From the NCBI GenBank assembly GCA_016935525.1, contig JAFGQU010000005.1, positions 2,190 through 66,189 on the forward strand: a DNA stretch of 64,000 bases. Direction: 5' to 3'. The position numbers were made by a program, and so were the translations under genes. The DNA is from Candidatus Omnitrophota bacterium. GTDB lineage: Bacteria > Omnitrophota > Gorgyraeia > Duberdicusellales > 4484-171. This document shows, piece by piece, positions 1 to 9,773 of the stretch (its first letter is position 1; every line of letters begins with the position of its first letter). The notes under the pieces were generated by a model that saw only the letters and a program-made list of their open reading frames with translations, was not told the origin of the DNA and searched no databases.

Positions 1-203
1 GATTATCCGGCATAAGATCATGAATACCCCGATTAATTCAAAAGAAATATTCCTTTTTCATGATGGTGCCGAAAAGTTCCCTATTGTCAGCCGGCGGGCT
101 ACGGTTGAGGTACTTCCTCACATTCTCCATCGTAACCAGAAAAACAACATCCATCCACTCACGCTTTCAGAGATGTTGGGTGTCTGAACAGGATTAACAT
201 ACT

Positions 204-734
204 ATGACGAAATATTCCCGGATAGGTATAGTCATTTTATGCGCAGCGATAGTATCTCTATGCGGGTGCGATGTTATCCTGAGGATACTGCAGAAAGAAA
301 TAGGCCAGGAAACCGAACTATTGGGCGACACAGCGGTCGCTCATAATCCCCAGATCGAATATCTTCAAAAAATGCTGCAAAGCCTGGGGTATGCCCCGGG
401 AATAATCGACGGGCAAATAGGGTTTCGTACCCGCAGTGCGATAAAGAAATTCCAGGAAGACTATGGTTTAGAAGATCACGGGTATGTCGATAGAAAGACC
501 TGGGACCGATTGATCCAGGAATATGAGACGATCGGCCTTACCTTGGAGCGGCTTACGCCTAAACAGATCCAGGCCGCATTAAAAGCGGCCGGCTTCTCAC
601 CGGGATCGATGGACGGGAAGATGGGGGTTCATACGATTGAGGCGCTAAAGAAATTCCAGAAATCTCAAGGGCTCCAGGCCGACGGAAAAGTCGGAATCCG
701 TACCTGGCGAGTATTAAAAGAATTCTTGCCCTAA
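204..734 (+). CDS. Lipoprotein with two peptidoglycan-binding (PG_binding_1-like) repeats
   Basis: Signal/lipobox LCGC. Two repeats of the G(Y/F)xPGxxDGxxGxxTxxAIKKFQ motif typical of PGRP/PG-binding domains. Confidence 0.5.
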   Translation: MTKYSRIGIVILCAAIVSLCGCDVILRILQKEIGQETELLGDTAVAHNPQIEYLQKMLQSLGYAPGIIDGQIGFRTRSAIKKFQEDYGLEDHGYVDRKTWDRLIQEYETIGLTLERLTPKQIQAALKAAGFSPGSMDGKMGVHTIEALKKFQKSQGLQADGKVGIRTWRVLKEFLP

Positions 735-880
735 TAAAGTTATATAAGAGAAATATAAAACGAAGATAAACTATTTTTTTGACTTTACCCGGCACGGTAG
801 TATAATGAAAAAGGAAAAATTATAGGTAAGGTATTTAAAAAAACTTTTTTTTGCCGATAAAAAAATAAATAGGGAAAATA

Positions 881-1252
881 TTGAACGAGATTGTCGAACA
901 ATATAATAACCTACTGGATATAATACTCACCCAGATAAAAGCGGTACAATGTCAACAATGGGATGAACTTCAGGATTTAACAAACCGCAAACAACAATGT
1001 TTAGAATTCCTGGTCGCGCGTGAAGAGGCGCTCACTGATACTGAGAAACAGCCGCTCCATGATAAGGTGTTGCCGGTCGTGCAACAGATCGTCAAAGAAG
1101 ACGCGCGCTTGAATACTTTGTTGCGGGAAAGTAAACATCATCTGGATATAGAAATAAAAAAAGTAAGCAGCGGCAAGAAAAATATGGGTAAGATTTCCGG
1201 TCTTTACGGAAAAAAATTTACTAACAACTCTGCATTTAATAAACAATGTTAG
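881..1252 (+). CDS. Hypothetical protein (TTG start; possible flagellar chaperone-like helical protein)
   Basis: 123-aa ORF with helical/coiled composition. No recognisable motif. Confidence 0.2.
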   Translation: MNEIVEQYNNLLDIILTQIKAVQCQQWDELQDLTNRKQQCLEFLVAREEALTDTEKQPLHDKVLPVVQQIVKEDARLNTLLRESKHHLDIEIKKVSSGKKNMGKISGLYGKKFTNNSAFNKQC

Positions 1253-2010
1253 ATTTTATCCAGGATACGGTTGAAAAAATACTGAAATTCATCCAGAAGG
1301 CCAACAAGGTTTATTTAGGTATCGGAGCCGCGGTCGCAATAATTCTGATTATTGCTATTGTGGTGATGATAACCCAGGGTGCCGACCGTCAAAAAGCACA
1401 ACTGGCGCGACAACAACTGGAACAGCAGGAGATCGACCAACAGATGGAAGCGCTCAGAATGGATGATCAACCGCTCAGCCCTGAGGAGATCATCGAACGG
1501 GAAAAACAGCTTATCGGCGAAGATGAGTTGCCAAAAGACCTCGGGGTAGCTCCTAAAGAAACACCTCAACCGGAAAAGCCGCGCACAGTAAATAAAAGCG
1601 ATCTTCAGTTAATGTCGGAATCAGGGCTGTTTGTCCATCTGTATGAAGTATTGCCTAAAGGTAAACCGGGCCCGATTGTGATGACTTTAAAGGTGATGAA
1701 AGATCGTGATATGGATGTAGTCGCGACGTTACGTAAAGTCATAATAAATTCTGCCGACGACCTTGCCATGCGTAAAAATGCGATATTAGGGCTTTATTAT
1801 ATCGGAGGGAAAGAAGTCATTCCGTTATTGAAAGCTTCGGCGCGCACCGATCCCGATGAAGGAGCGCGAAAGCTAGCGCTGTTTTGTGTGGATTTTCTTT
1901 CCGGAGCAACCGAAAAAGATTTTTTTGCGGAAATTGCCCAAAACGATCCGGCAGCGGAGATCCGTAAAGAAGCTCAAGAATATTTCGAAATCAGGAATAG
2001 AGGTCAATGA
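1246..2010 (+). CDS. Membrane-anchored HEAT/PBS-lyase-repeat protein
   Basis: N-terminal TM helix and coiled-coil. C-terminal HEAT-like repeats (LAMRKNAILGLYYIGGKEVIPLL...DPDEGARKLALFC). Confidence 0.35.
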   Translation: MLDFIQDTVEKILKFIQKANKVYLGIGAAVAIILIIAIVVMITQGADRQKAQLARQQLEQQEIDQQMEALRMDDQPLSPEEIIEREKQLIGEDELPKDLGVAPKETPQPEKPRTVNKSDLQLMSESGLFVHLYEVLPKGKPGPIVMTLKVMKDRDMDVVATLRKVIINSADDLAMRKNAILGLYYIGGKEVIPLLKASARTDPDEGARKLALFCVDFLSGATEKDFFAEIAQNDPAAEIRKEAQEYFEIRNRGQ

Positions 2011-2440
2011 GTAATCCTTGTATTTCACCGACTTTTTCCAGGATACGCAGGTTGTCGACCTCTTTATTCAATACTAATTTGAGCAGGTCTTCTAAAGAGT
2101 TGTCGATGCTTTCGATGGCGACCAGAATGTTTTGTTTTCCGCGCGGATTAAGATTAACTTTTTCGGAAAGGTGGTAGATGTTTTTCACCAGGAGGTCTAA
2201 AAAATTTTTTACGAGGCTTTTATATTTTAAAACGCTATCGAGAGTCCTTCGTGTGACCATCATTTTCCCTTCTTCTTCGATATCGAGGAGCATCCGGCTC
2301 AACTGTTTGCGCAATTCTTTTTTGATCGATTCTTGCAGGCTGTCTTTAAAACTTTGGGTTGAGGAACTTTTTATAACGGTCCGGGAAGAGATTTTCCGTT
2401 TGCGGCGGACAGTGCGGAGGGGGAACCGGTGTACTCTCAT
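1991..2440 (-). CDS. Hypothetical protein (possibly DUF327/YaaR-like)
   Basis: The only convincing minus-strand ORF (149 aa). Convergent with the upstream gene. Basic N-terminus, helical. Confidence 0.3.
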   Translation of the reverse strand: MRVHRFPLRTVRRKRKISSRTVIKSSSTQSFKDSLQESIKKELRKQLSRMLLDIEEEGKMMVTRRTLDSVLKYKSLVKNFLDLLVKNIYHLSEKVNLNPRGKQNILVAIESIDNSLEDLLKLVLNKEVDNLRILEKVGEIQGLLIDLYS

Positions 2441-2482
2441 CGCAAATAGATTATCTTATTCTTTAAATCAAGTCAATACGGC

Positions 2483-3121
2483 ATGATGGTAAGAAAGAAA
2501 TTATTACTTCCGTTCATTATCCTTTTGATCGCCGGCTGTGCCGGTCCGAACATCGAAAACTATTATACTGCGCCGAGGTTTACAAGTTACTATGTAAAAG
2601 ACGTAGGGTTTTTGGGGATTACTTCCCGGGAAGACCTGCCTCCGGATGTCGTCTCCCGGGTGGAAGAGACGTTCCTGCGCGAATTAAGGAAACGTAATTG
2701 GTACCGGGTCCAGAGGATTACCGAGGGAGATCTTAACGATTTTGATAAGATGAAGACTATCGATACGGTGCTTTGGGGGGAGATCCTTTATTACAAAAAC
2801 AATGAACCGTTCCGGTTCGGATTAAGCACCAAGATGAGATTTATCAATACCGACCAGATCATCTGGAGCGCTTATTATATTTTCGATGCCGCGAACCAAA
2901 AGACGATCGACCTGTTGGAAAATTATTATCAACAGCGGTTATATCCGCACTCGCCGTTATGGGGATATAAATTGTATTTATTGAATATGGATAAATTTGT
3001 GGAATTTTCTTGTAATAGCATTCTCGATACTATACAATTAGGATTAGAGGAAAAAGAAGAGGAAGAACGGCCAGCCGAATCAGAAACGCAAAACGGTGGT
3101 TCCTCTGGAGATGAAAAATAG
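2483..3121 (+). CDS. Lipoprotein, unknown function
   Basis: Lipobox LIAGCAG after a hydrophobic N-terminus. Acidic C-terminal tail. Confidence 0.35.
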   Translation: MMVRKKLLLPFIILLIAGCAGPNIENYYTAPRFTSYYVKDVGFLGITSREDLPPDVVSRVEETFLRELRKRNWYRVQRITEGDLNDFDKMKTIDTVLWGEILYYKNNEPFRFGLSTKMRFINTDQIIWSAYYIFDAANQKTIDLLENYYQQRLYPHSPLWGYKLYLLNMDKFVEFSCNSILDTIQLGLEEKEEEERPAESETQNGGSSGDEK

Positions 3122-3134
3122 CGGGGGAAGGAAT

Positions 3135-3593
3135 ATGAAGAAAACGATTTTGTTTCTCATGCCCATACTTTTTGGCGCGATGACGGTAAGTGCCGAACCT
3201 ATAGTCAATTTCCAGCCGAAAAACTTTTTCCAGAAAAAACATGTCGGCCCTAAAAGTTCCGGTCCGCGCATGATCGAAGTCGAAGAAGAGGTCTGGTTTG
3301 CGTTGCATGAAGAGATCAATACCCTGCGGGATGAAGCCCTGCGCATGCAGACAAGATTAAAAGTCGCTGAAGCTGAAATCGCCCGTCTAAGAGAAAGCCA
3401 GTATGTCGAAGGCGGCGGTGCGGGAGCGACCACCTATCAGGTAAAAGAAGAAGATAGCTTATGGAAGATCGCTAAAAAGTATTATAAAGACCCGTTTAAA
3501 TGGTTATGGTTGTTTAAAGCCAATATTGCTCAATTGGACGACCCCGATAAAATTTATCCCGGACAAATCCTGGATATCCCGAGGTACGAATGA
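3135..3593 (+). CDS. Secreted LysM-domain protein
   Basis: Signal peptide MKKTILFLMPILFGAMTVSA. C-terminal LysM (YQVKEEDSLWKIAKKYY...IYPGQILDIP). The ORF track starts at 3096; an internal ATG after an RBS is preferred. Confidence 0.5.
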   Translation: MKKTILFLMPILFGAMTVSAEPIVNFQPKNFFQKKHVGPKSSGPRMIEVEEEVWFALHEEINTLRDEALRMQTRLKVAEAEIARLRESQYVEGGGAGATTYQVKEEDSLWKIAKKYYKDPFKWLWLFKANIAQLDDPDKIYPGQILDIPRYE

Positions 3594-4903
3594 TGAAAAA
3601 AATATTCTTATTACTGGGCGTGTTTATGTTAGGGCTGTTTTTTTTCTGCTCGACCAAAGCCTTTGCGGCACCGGATATGAGCGGAAAAAACTATCGTTCC
3701 CGTTGGGAAGAAGCGGAAATGAAATATAAAGGAGAAGATAAAGAACGTAAAGCCCAGGAACGTAAACAGCTTTATACCAGAGTGTATTTTGAACTGGGAA
3801 AAGAATATTATACGTTAGAAGATTATGCCGCGGCGCTGGTCAGTTTCCGGCGGGTGATCGATTTAGAGCAAAATTTAGAACAAAAAGAATATACCCCGAT
3901 GGCCGAAGAATATCTTAAAGAAGTTGAAAAACGGCTTCCCCGGCAGATCGAGACTCAATATTCGGTGAGTTACGGAAAAGATCTGGGACGTCTTAAGAAA
4001 GGGATAGATTTTATTTTAGCGCAAAAACCCGAAGTCCAGCCGCCAGAAGAACCGGAGATGCCGGCCGAAGAAGCAATAGAAGAATCCGCCCCGGAATCGG
4101 CAGTGGAAGAAGCCGAGCTGTCCGTTGATACTGCCGGACAGGAAACCGTAGTAGTAATGATCCCGGCTGATATTCAGGACCCTAAAATGCAAAGGATCCA
4201 TGCTTTGCGCCAGCAGGTAGGAGAAACTCAGGAAGATTTAGAAAAAGACCGGGAATTGATGAGACTGGCGTTACAGAAAGAGGTCCTTCAGTCAAAAAAA
4301 GAGATAGAGAAGCTTATCTATGAACAGAAGATCAGACAGGTCGGCAACCGGGCGGAAGTGGAAAACCGGCTGATGACATTGAAAGAACTCTATGGCAGCG
4401 GAGATTATGCCAATGCCTTACCGGAAGCAAAGATGATCCTTGAATTAGACCCTACCAATCGTTTCGCCAAACGCGTAAAAGAGATCATTGAAACGAAAAA
4501 CCGTAAAGAACGGGAAGAGAAGATCCGTAAAGCCAAACAGGAAATGTGGCGTAAGCAGACGATTCAGGAACGTGCCCGGCTTAAGCAGGAACGGCAGGAA
4601 GCCTTACGCCGCCAGAAAGAATTAGCCGAGGCTGCCCGGAAAGAAAAAGAACAAGCCCGGCTGAGACGCGAAGAAGAAAAACAGGCAAAAGCCGAAGCCG
4701 CCCGTCAAAAAGAACTCGCGCTCCAGATCGAAGCAGATTTAGAAGAAGCGCAGGAATATATTTTACGCGAAGATTATACCCGGGCGACTTCCCGGATCAA
4801 AGAAGTACTCCAGATCGATCCCAACCATCCCGAAGCGTTGCGGCTGAAGGATTATATTGAATTACGGCTCCAGGGGATTACTCAGCAGTTGCAGACTTAT
4901 TAA
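3590..4903 (+). CDS. Secreted TPR/coiled-coil protein
   Basis: Signal peptide. TPR-like motifs (YANALPEAKMILELDPTN..., ATSRIKEVLQIDPNHPEA). Long E/K/R-rich coiled coil. Confidence 0.4.
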   Translation: MMKKIFLLLGVFMLGLFFFCSTKAFAAPDMSGKNYRSRWEEAEMKYKGEDKERKAQERKQLYTRVYFELGKEYYTLEDYAAALVSFRRVIDLEQNLEQKEYTPMAEEYLKEVEKRLPRQIETQYSVSYGKDLGRLKKGIDFILAQKPEVQPPEEPEMPAEEAIEESAPESAVEEAELSVDTAGQETVVVMIPADIQDPKMQRIHALRQQVGETQEDLEKDRELMRLALQKEVLQSKKEIEKLIYEQKIRQVGNRAEVENRLMTLKELYGSGDYANALPEAKMILELDPTNRFAKRVKEIIETKNRKEREEKIRKAKQEMWRKQTIQERARLKQERQEALRRQKELAEAARKEKEQARLRREEEKQAKAEAARQKELALQIEADLEEAQEYILREDYTRATSRIKEVLQIDPNHPEALRLKDYIELRLQGITQQLQTY

Positions 4904-4936
4904 AGGGCGGCGACGTGCCCATTTCTGGATGAAAGG

Positions 4937-5848
4937 ATGTCCCACATATACCGTCTTGTCGTTCCGGCGATTTTCAATCCAAATTCTTTCGAATATTTTC
5001 TAGACCAACTGCCCTCTCCCGATGACCTTCCGCAAAGCCTTATATTACTGGATCTGGGATTGGTGTCGGCGATCTCTCCTTATGGGATAGGGAGTCTGCT
5101 TATCCTTTATCGGTATACCTTAAACCTCGGTGCCCGGTTAGAGATCGATTTTTATGACAACGATTCCATGTACAGACGATTCCAAAGGTGGGGCATGTTT
5201 GAATATATGCCTTGCGGATATAACCGGAAAGATGCCTCCTCCGCCGAAGAAGAAAACCTGTCCACCGATATCTTTTTGAAATTACAGTTGATCAAAAGCG
5301 AAGACGATATATACAAAGCGATCGAGTTTTTAAGAGAGAATTTACAGCTTCCCCAGGAAGAATTCACCGATCTTATCGTGGTGATTTCCGAAATCACCCA
5401 GAACATACTTGAACATAGCGATACCGAAGGGTTTCTTAATATCGGGAGAGAATATCATCGTATCCGCCGGCGTAATTTTCTGCATATATGCGTTGCCGAT
5501 TCCGGATTAGGTATGGGGCAAAGCTTAAAAGAGAAATTACGCCACTATCAGGATGACTATCTTGACGGATTTGCGATCTATAAAGCGCTCTATGAAGGGA
5601 TTTCCCGTTATGACGACCCGGGCCGGGGCAACGGGGTGATCAAAACCAGAGGGATCGTGAAAAAATATCACGGGAAAATGGTGATTCGCTCCGGCTGTGC
5701 CAAACTCTGGGGCGATGTCCCGACCTGGCAGATCGAACGGTTTTTGCGTAAAAATCTTCGTTATCTTCCTGGAACTCAAGTACATATAACTTTTCCTATA
5801 TCCGTTTCCCCAGTCGAGCCGTCCTGTGCCCTGATAAAAAAATCTTGA
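4937..5848 (+). CDS. GHKL-family (histidine-kinase-like) ATPase, anti-sigma-kinase-like
   Basis: N-box-like EITQNILEHS and G1-box ICVADSGLGMG. No HisKA domain visible. Confidence 0.35.
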   Translation: MSHIYRLVVPAIFNPNSFEYFLDQLPSPDDLPQSLILLDLGLVSAISPYGIGSLLILYRYTLNLGARLEIDFYDNDSMYRRFQRWGMFEYMPCGYNRKDASSAEEENLSTDIFLKLQLIKSEDDIYKAIEFLRENLQLPQEEFTDLIVVISEITQNILEHSDTEGFLNIGREYHRIRRRNFLHICVADSGLGMGQSLKEKLRHYQDDYLDGFAIYKALYEGISRYDDPGRGNGVIKTRGIVKKYHGKMVIRSGCAKLWGDVPTWQIERFLRKNLRYLPGTQVHITFPISVSPVEPSCALIKKS

Positions 5849-5892
5849 CAAACCCGCCATTCGTGATATATTTCAATTGATTAATTTGAAAT

Positions 5893-6477
5893 ATGGCACC
5901 CCTTCAAATGCTTAAACTTAAAGAGGTGATACAAAAAGAGATCAATGGGACCTACGTTGACCTGGTCACGCGTCAGGTGGGGAGGGTTGTCTTTTCAAAG
6001 TTGGAATCAGAGATCAAGGGCCTTGCCGAGGGGACGGTATTGGTCATCGACTTCTCAGGGATCGGAGCGATCGATTATTCCTGCGCCGATGAGATCTTTG
6101 CAAAACTTATTTCCCGCCTGCAGTTAAATGAGTATGGAGAAAAATACATTGCGTTTAAAAACCTTACCTCGGGGCATAAAGAGAATATTCAGATAGTGTT
6201 AGAAAAAAAAGACCTTGCCGTATTGATCAGAGAAAAAAACGGCTGGGATATCCTCGGCGCGTTAGACGATTATCTGCTTCAGACTTTAAAAGTGATTATG
6301 AAGGAAGGGCAATTGTCTTCTTCGGAACTTTCGGTACGGTTTGATCTTGCGCTCAATACCGCCAGCATGCGCCTGAGCAATCTAAGTAAGTTGCGGTTAG
6401 TAAGTAAAAAGAGTTCGGTGAATACCGTGGGCAAGCGTTGTTTTATCTATAATGCTCTCTTAGATACAAAAAATTAA
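5893..6477 (+). CDS. STAS-like (DUF4325-type) protein with C-terminal winged-helix
   Basis: VLVIDFSGIGAIDYSCADEIF resembles STAS/anti-sigma-antagonist folds. C-terminal wHTH-like segment. Paired with the upstream GHKL ATPase. Confidence 0.3.
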   Translation: MAPLQMLKLKEVIQKEINGTYVDLVTRQVGRVVFSKLESEIKGLAEGTVLVIDFSGIGAIDYSCADEIFAKLISRLQLNEYGEKYIAFKNLTSGHKENIQIVLEKKDLAVLIREKNGWDILGALDDYLLQTLKVIMKEGQLSSSELSVRFDLALNTASMRLSNLSKLRLVSKKSSVNTVGKRCFIYNALLDTKN

Positions 6478-6574
6478 TTAATTGATTGCATAGGTAATCA
6501 TGTGCTTATATACTAATATTATAGTTATATATATGTCGGGCGCCGGAGATCCAGCTTCTTCATGCGTCAATGCC

Positions 6575-6603
6575 TTGACAAAAGAGAGGAGGTGAGATAT
6601 AAA
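6575..6603 (+). promoter_or_regulatory. Sigma-70-like promoter of the flgB operon (TTGACA-N17-TATAAA)
   Basis: TTGACA at 6575-6580, 17-nt spacer, TATAAA at 6598-6603. Read directly from the sequence. Confidence 0.5.
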
Positions 6604-6638
6604 TAACTTAGGTATTTTTTCAGTGGGGAGGAAGAATT

Positions 6639-6710
6639 ATGGCTGGACCGCACTGCGGAAGCTGTGTTGTCGCCGGTTTATTGCCGCGACTCAAAAGATG
6701 GTATTTTTAA
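6639..6710 (+). CDS. Putative 23-aa leader peptide MAGPHCGSCVVAGLLPRLKRWYF
   Basis: GGGGAGG RBS 8 nt upstream of the ATG. Sits between the promoter and an intrinsic terminator. Cys-rich (CxxC). Confidence 0.2.
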   Translation: MAGPHCGSCVVAGLLPRLKRWYF

Positions 6711-6713
6711 AAC

Positions 6714-6750
6714 AAAGCAACTCTTTTTGTTAAGAGTTGCTTTTTATTTT
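6714..6750 (+). terminator. Intrinsic terminator/attenuator immediately upstream of flgB
   Basis: Perfect 12-bp stem (aaagcaactctt / aagagttgcttt) with a 6-nt loop, followed by a T-run (tttatttttat). Confidence 0.6.
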
Positions 6751-6778
6751 TATGGGTGACATTTTTTTCGATAATCAG

Positions 6779-7168
6779 ATGTTAAATATTCTCCAGCAGG
6801 GGCTTAATGGAGTCTCTCAGCGTCATCGGGTCCTTTCCAACAATATCGCGAATGCCGATACGCCGAATTTTAAACGGTCGGACGTGGATTTCTACGGAAC
6901 CCTCAGCCGGATCATCCAAAAAGAATCAAAGACCGCGCCCCTGTATACCACTCATCCTGATCATTTGGCGGTTTCTCAACCGGTGATGTCTCCGGTGTTC
7001 GGGATCATGCAGTCTTTTGATACTACCCAGCGTGCCGACGGGAATAATGTCGATATCGAAAAAGAAATCGTAGAAGTGAATAAAAATGCGATTTTACACG
7101 ATACGTTGATTAATTTTGTATCCAGTGAATTCTCAGGACTGCGTTACGCAATCCAGGAGGGGAGGTAA
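6779..7168 (+). CDS. flgB: Flagellar basal-body rod protein FlgB
   Basis: SNNIANADTPNFKR rod N-terminal motif. First gene of the flgB-flgC-fliE cluster. The ORF track starts at 6737; ATG 6779 matches FlgB N-termini. Confidence 0.8.
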   Translation: MLNILQQGLNGVSQRHRVLSNNIANADTPNFKRSDVDFYGTLSRIIQKESKTAPLYTTHPDHLAVSQPVMSPVFGIMQSFDTTQRADGNNVDIEKEIVEVNKNAILHDTLINFVSSEFSGLRYAIQEGR

Positions 7169-7171
7169 ACA

Positions 7172-7606
7172 ATGAATTTTCTCGGTTTTGATATTAATGC
7201 TTCGGCGCTCACTGCCCAGCGGTTAAGAATGGACGTGATTGCCAGTAATATCGCCAATGTCAATACGACCCGTACCCCGGAGGGGGGACCTTATCGCCGA
7301 AAGATGGTCGTATTCCAGGAACAATTAAAAGATTCTATTGCGAGCATGCCGTTTTCTTCCGGTGAAAACGTTTTGGGCGGAGTAAAAGTATCGCAGATCG
7401 TTCAGAGCAATGAGTCGCCGCTCATCACGTATCAACCGGGTCACCCCGATGCCGATGAGAATGGGTATGTGGCGATGCCGAATGTGAACATTGTGCATGA
7501 GATGACCGATATGATCTCGGCTACGCGGGCTTATGAAGCTAATTTGATGACGATGAGTCTTGGGAAATCGATGTATACCCGGACTCTGGATATTATGAGA
7601 ATATAA
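7172..7606 (+). CDS. flgC: Flagellar basal-body rod protein FlgC
   Basis: ASNIANVNTTRTPEGGPYRRK motif. C-terminal MVDMISATRAYEAN. Confidence 0.85.
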   Translation: MNFLGFDINASALTAQRLRMDVIASNIANVNTTRTPEGGPYRRKMVVFQEQLKDSIASMPFSSGENVLGGVKVSQIVQSNESPLITYQPGHPDADENGYVAMPNVNIVHEMTDMISATRAYEANLMTMSLGKSMYTRTLDIMRI

Positions 7607-7650
7607 TGAGGTCACAACTTATGGAGCAAAAAGGACATAAGTTGTATGAC

Positions 7651-7700
7651 CGAATTATACCCTTGACAATTTTGGGTGAAATTGTCAAGGGTTCAATTCG
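7651..7700. mobile_element. Miniature inverted-repeat element (50 bp; MITE-like derivative of the GIY-YIG element IRs)
   Basis: cgaattatacccttgacaatttt-gggtg-aaattgtcaagggttcaattcg. The arms match the 23-bp IRs flanking the GIY-YIG gene at 50666/50953. Confidence 0.55.
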
Positions 7701-7760
7701 ACCAGGTAATTTACAATCAATGAGTTCCGTAAATTACGGTCTCATTGAAGGAGGTAGAAA

Positions 7761-8078
7761 GTGGTACATAACATAGATCTATATTCCTCTTCCCTTAAAG
7801 ATATCTATACTCAGGCCCGGGCCGATATGGTCAAACAAAGTCGGGGCGAGGCCGATTCTAATGCTTCGTTTATGGATTTTCTCCAGGGGGCGCTTGACCG
7901 CGTCAACTCCAATTTTATCGAAGCCGATGATGCGATGAAAGGGTTTATGCTGGGTAAAGGCGAGCTTCATGAGGTGTTGATGTCTATACAGAAAGCGAAT
8001 TTAGAATTTCGGTTTGCGATGCAGGTGCGTAATAAACTTATCGAGACCTATCAGGAAATCATGCGGATGCAGGTGTAA
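7761..8078 (+). CDS. fliE: Flagellar hook-basal body complex protein FliE
   Basis: 105 aa. Sits between flgC and fliF. C-terminal MQVRNKLIETYQEIMRMQV is typical of FliE. Confidence 0.75.
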   Translation: MVHNIDLYSSSLKDIYTQARADMVKQSRGEADSNASFMDFLQGALDRVNSNFIEADDAMKGFMLGKGELHEVLMSIQKANLEFRFAMQVRNKLIETYQEIMRMQV

Positions 8079-8146
8079 GCGAGAAGGAAGATAAAAATGA
8101 ACAGAGAGATAGCGTGGAATCAAAATAAAAGAAAGCGAGGCCGAAC

Positions 8147-9763
8147 GTGAGAGAATTTCTGCTTAAACTTCAATCTCAGTTCCAAAAATATTGGCAGAAT
8201 CTTTCTCAAGTCCAGAGAATCATCATAATAGGACTGGCACTTTTGATCCTTTTCTCTATAGTGGGATTCACGTTTTGGGCGACTCGTCCGGAATATGCGG
8301 TGTTATTTACCAATCTTTCTCCCGAAGATACCTCGGGCGTGATTGAAAAATTGCGCGAACGAGCAGTCCCTTATCGGATAAGTCGTGACGGAGGCACAGT
8401 CCTGGTCCCTTCTCCTAAAGTGTATGAAGTGCGGCTCGCCCTTGCCGGCGAAGGAGTACTGCAGGGCGGCGGGATAGGGTATGAATTATTCGACAAGAAC
8501 TTCTTCGGGATGACGGAGTTCACCCAAAACCTGAATTATCAACGGGCGTTACAGGGAGAATTGGAAAGGACTATCCGGCAGATCTCCGGTGTTGAAGGAG
8601 CGCGAGTCCATCTGGTACTGCCGAAAGAAGAATTATTTATTGAACAGCAAAAAGAACCGACCGCGAGCGTACTGCTTAAACTCGCTCCGGGAATAGAGAT
8701 CAACAAATCACAGATCCGGGCGATCGTGAATCTTGTGCAGACCAGCGTCGAGGGCCTCGATAAAGAGAATATATCGATCATCGATACTAACGGGGTGATC
8801 CTTTCGGATGTGATCGCCGACGAGTTCGAAATGCCGGGGATGTTGGCTGATGTCTTCCAGATGAAAAAGAAGATCGAACGTACCCTTCAGGAAGAAGTAA
8901 GAGTGCTCCTGGAGAGGATCGTCGGAAGGGGACGAGTCGCCGTCAAGGCGAATGTAGAATTGAATCTTGCCCGTCAGGAGACGACCGAAGAAGAATATAC
9001 GCCGGTGGTCGATGAGAAAAAAGGGATCGTCCGTAGTGAACAGAGAAAAACCGAACAGTTTAAAGGAACCGGTACCGGCGCCGGCGGCGTTCCGGGAACC
9101 GAGAGTAATGTGACCAGTATCCCTTCGTATCCTCAATCGGGAGGTTCCGGATCAAGTTCCGATTATTCCCGTCAGGAACAGGTCACTAATTATGAAATCA
9201 ACAAAAAACTTTCTCATGTACGATCGATACCCGGGGATGTAAAGAAAATATCTATTTCCGTACTTCTCGACGGAGAATTTCCCGAAGAAGTCATTGATAG
9301 TTTAAAACAGGTCGTTGCCTCCGGAATCGGTATCCAGCCTGACCGTGGCGATGATGTGGTGGTCGAGGCGTTCCATTTTGACAAGACCTATCTTGAAGAA
9401 GAAAAACTCGCTCAGGAACGGCTTGCCCGTCTGGAATTTCGCAATCTCATCTTTAAAGGAGGCGTGATCGGGTTTGTCACTTTGATCATTCTGCTCTTTA
9501 CTCTTTCTATGTTACGGCATGCCCGTCTTATCCGTAAAACCAAAGAACAGATAAAAGAAACGCAACAGAAGATAATCGGGCCCGACGGCCAGCCGATTGT
9601 GGTGGGCCCCGGAGGAGAGATTATCCCCGGGCAAGGAGGGTTTGCTGGGTTGCCTTTTGGCGGAGATGAGGTGGAAAATATGAAAGCTCAGTTAGCCGAG
9701 GTCGCGGTAAAGGACCCGGAAAAGGTCGCACGAGTAATAAAGGAACTGATAACCAGCAGGTGA
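8147..9763 (+). CDS. fliF: Flagellar MS-ring protein FliF
   Basis: 538 aa with two TM segments. YxxF family motifs (LFTNLSPEDTSGVIEKL...). Position before fliG. Confidence 0.85.
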   Translation: MREFLLKLQSQFQKYWQNLSQVQRIIIIGLALLILFSIVGFTFWATRPEYAVLFTNLSPEDTSGVIEKLRERAVPYRISRDGGTVLVPSPKVYEVRLALAGEGVLQGGGIGYELFDKNFFGMTEFTQNLNYQRALQGELERTIRQISGVEGARVHLVLPKEELFIEQQKEPTASVLLKLAPGIEINKSQIRAIVNLVQTSVEGLDKENISIIDTNGVILSDVIADEFEMPGMLADVFQMKKKIERTLQEEVRVLLERIVGRGRVAVKANVELNLARQETTEEEYTPVVDEKKGIVRSEQRKTEQFKGTGTGAGGVPGTESNVTSIPSYPQSGGSGSSSDYSRQEQVTNYEINKKLSHVRSIPGDVKKISISVLLDGEFPEEVIDSLKQVVASGIGIQPDRGDDVVVEAFHFDKTYLEEEKLAQERLARLEFRNLIFKGGVIGFVTLIILLFTLSMLRHARLIRKTKEQIKETQQKIIGPDGQPIVVGPGGEIIPGQGGFAGLPFGGDEVENMKAQLAEVAVKDPEKVARVIKELITSR

Positions 9764-9773
9764 GGAATTATTT

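Noticed and set aside
5945-6127. 60-aa ORF overlapping the STAS-like gene in another frame
   Set aside because: It is entirely internal to a longer, better-supported ORF, with no independent signals.
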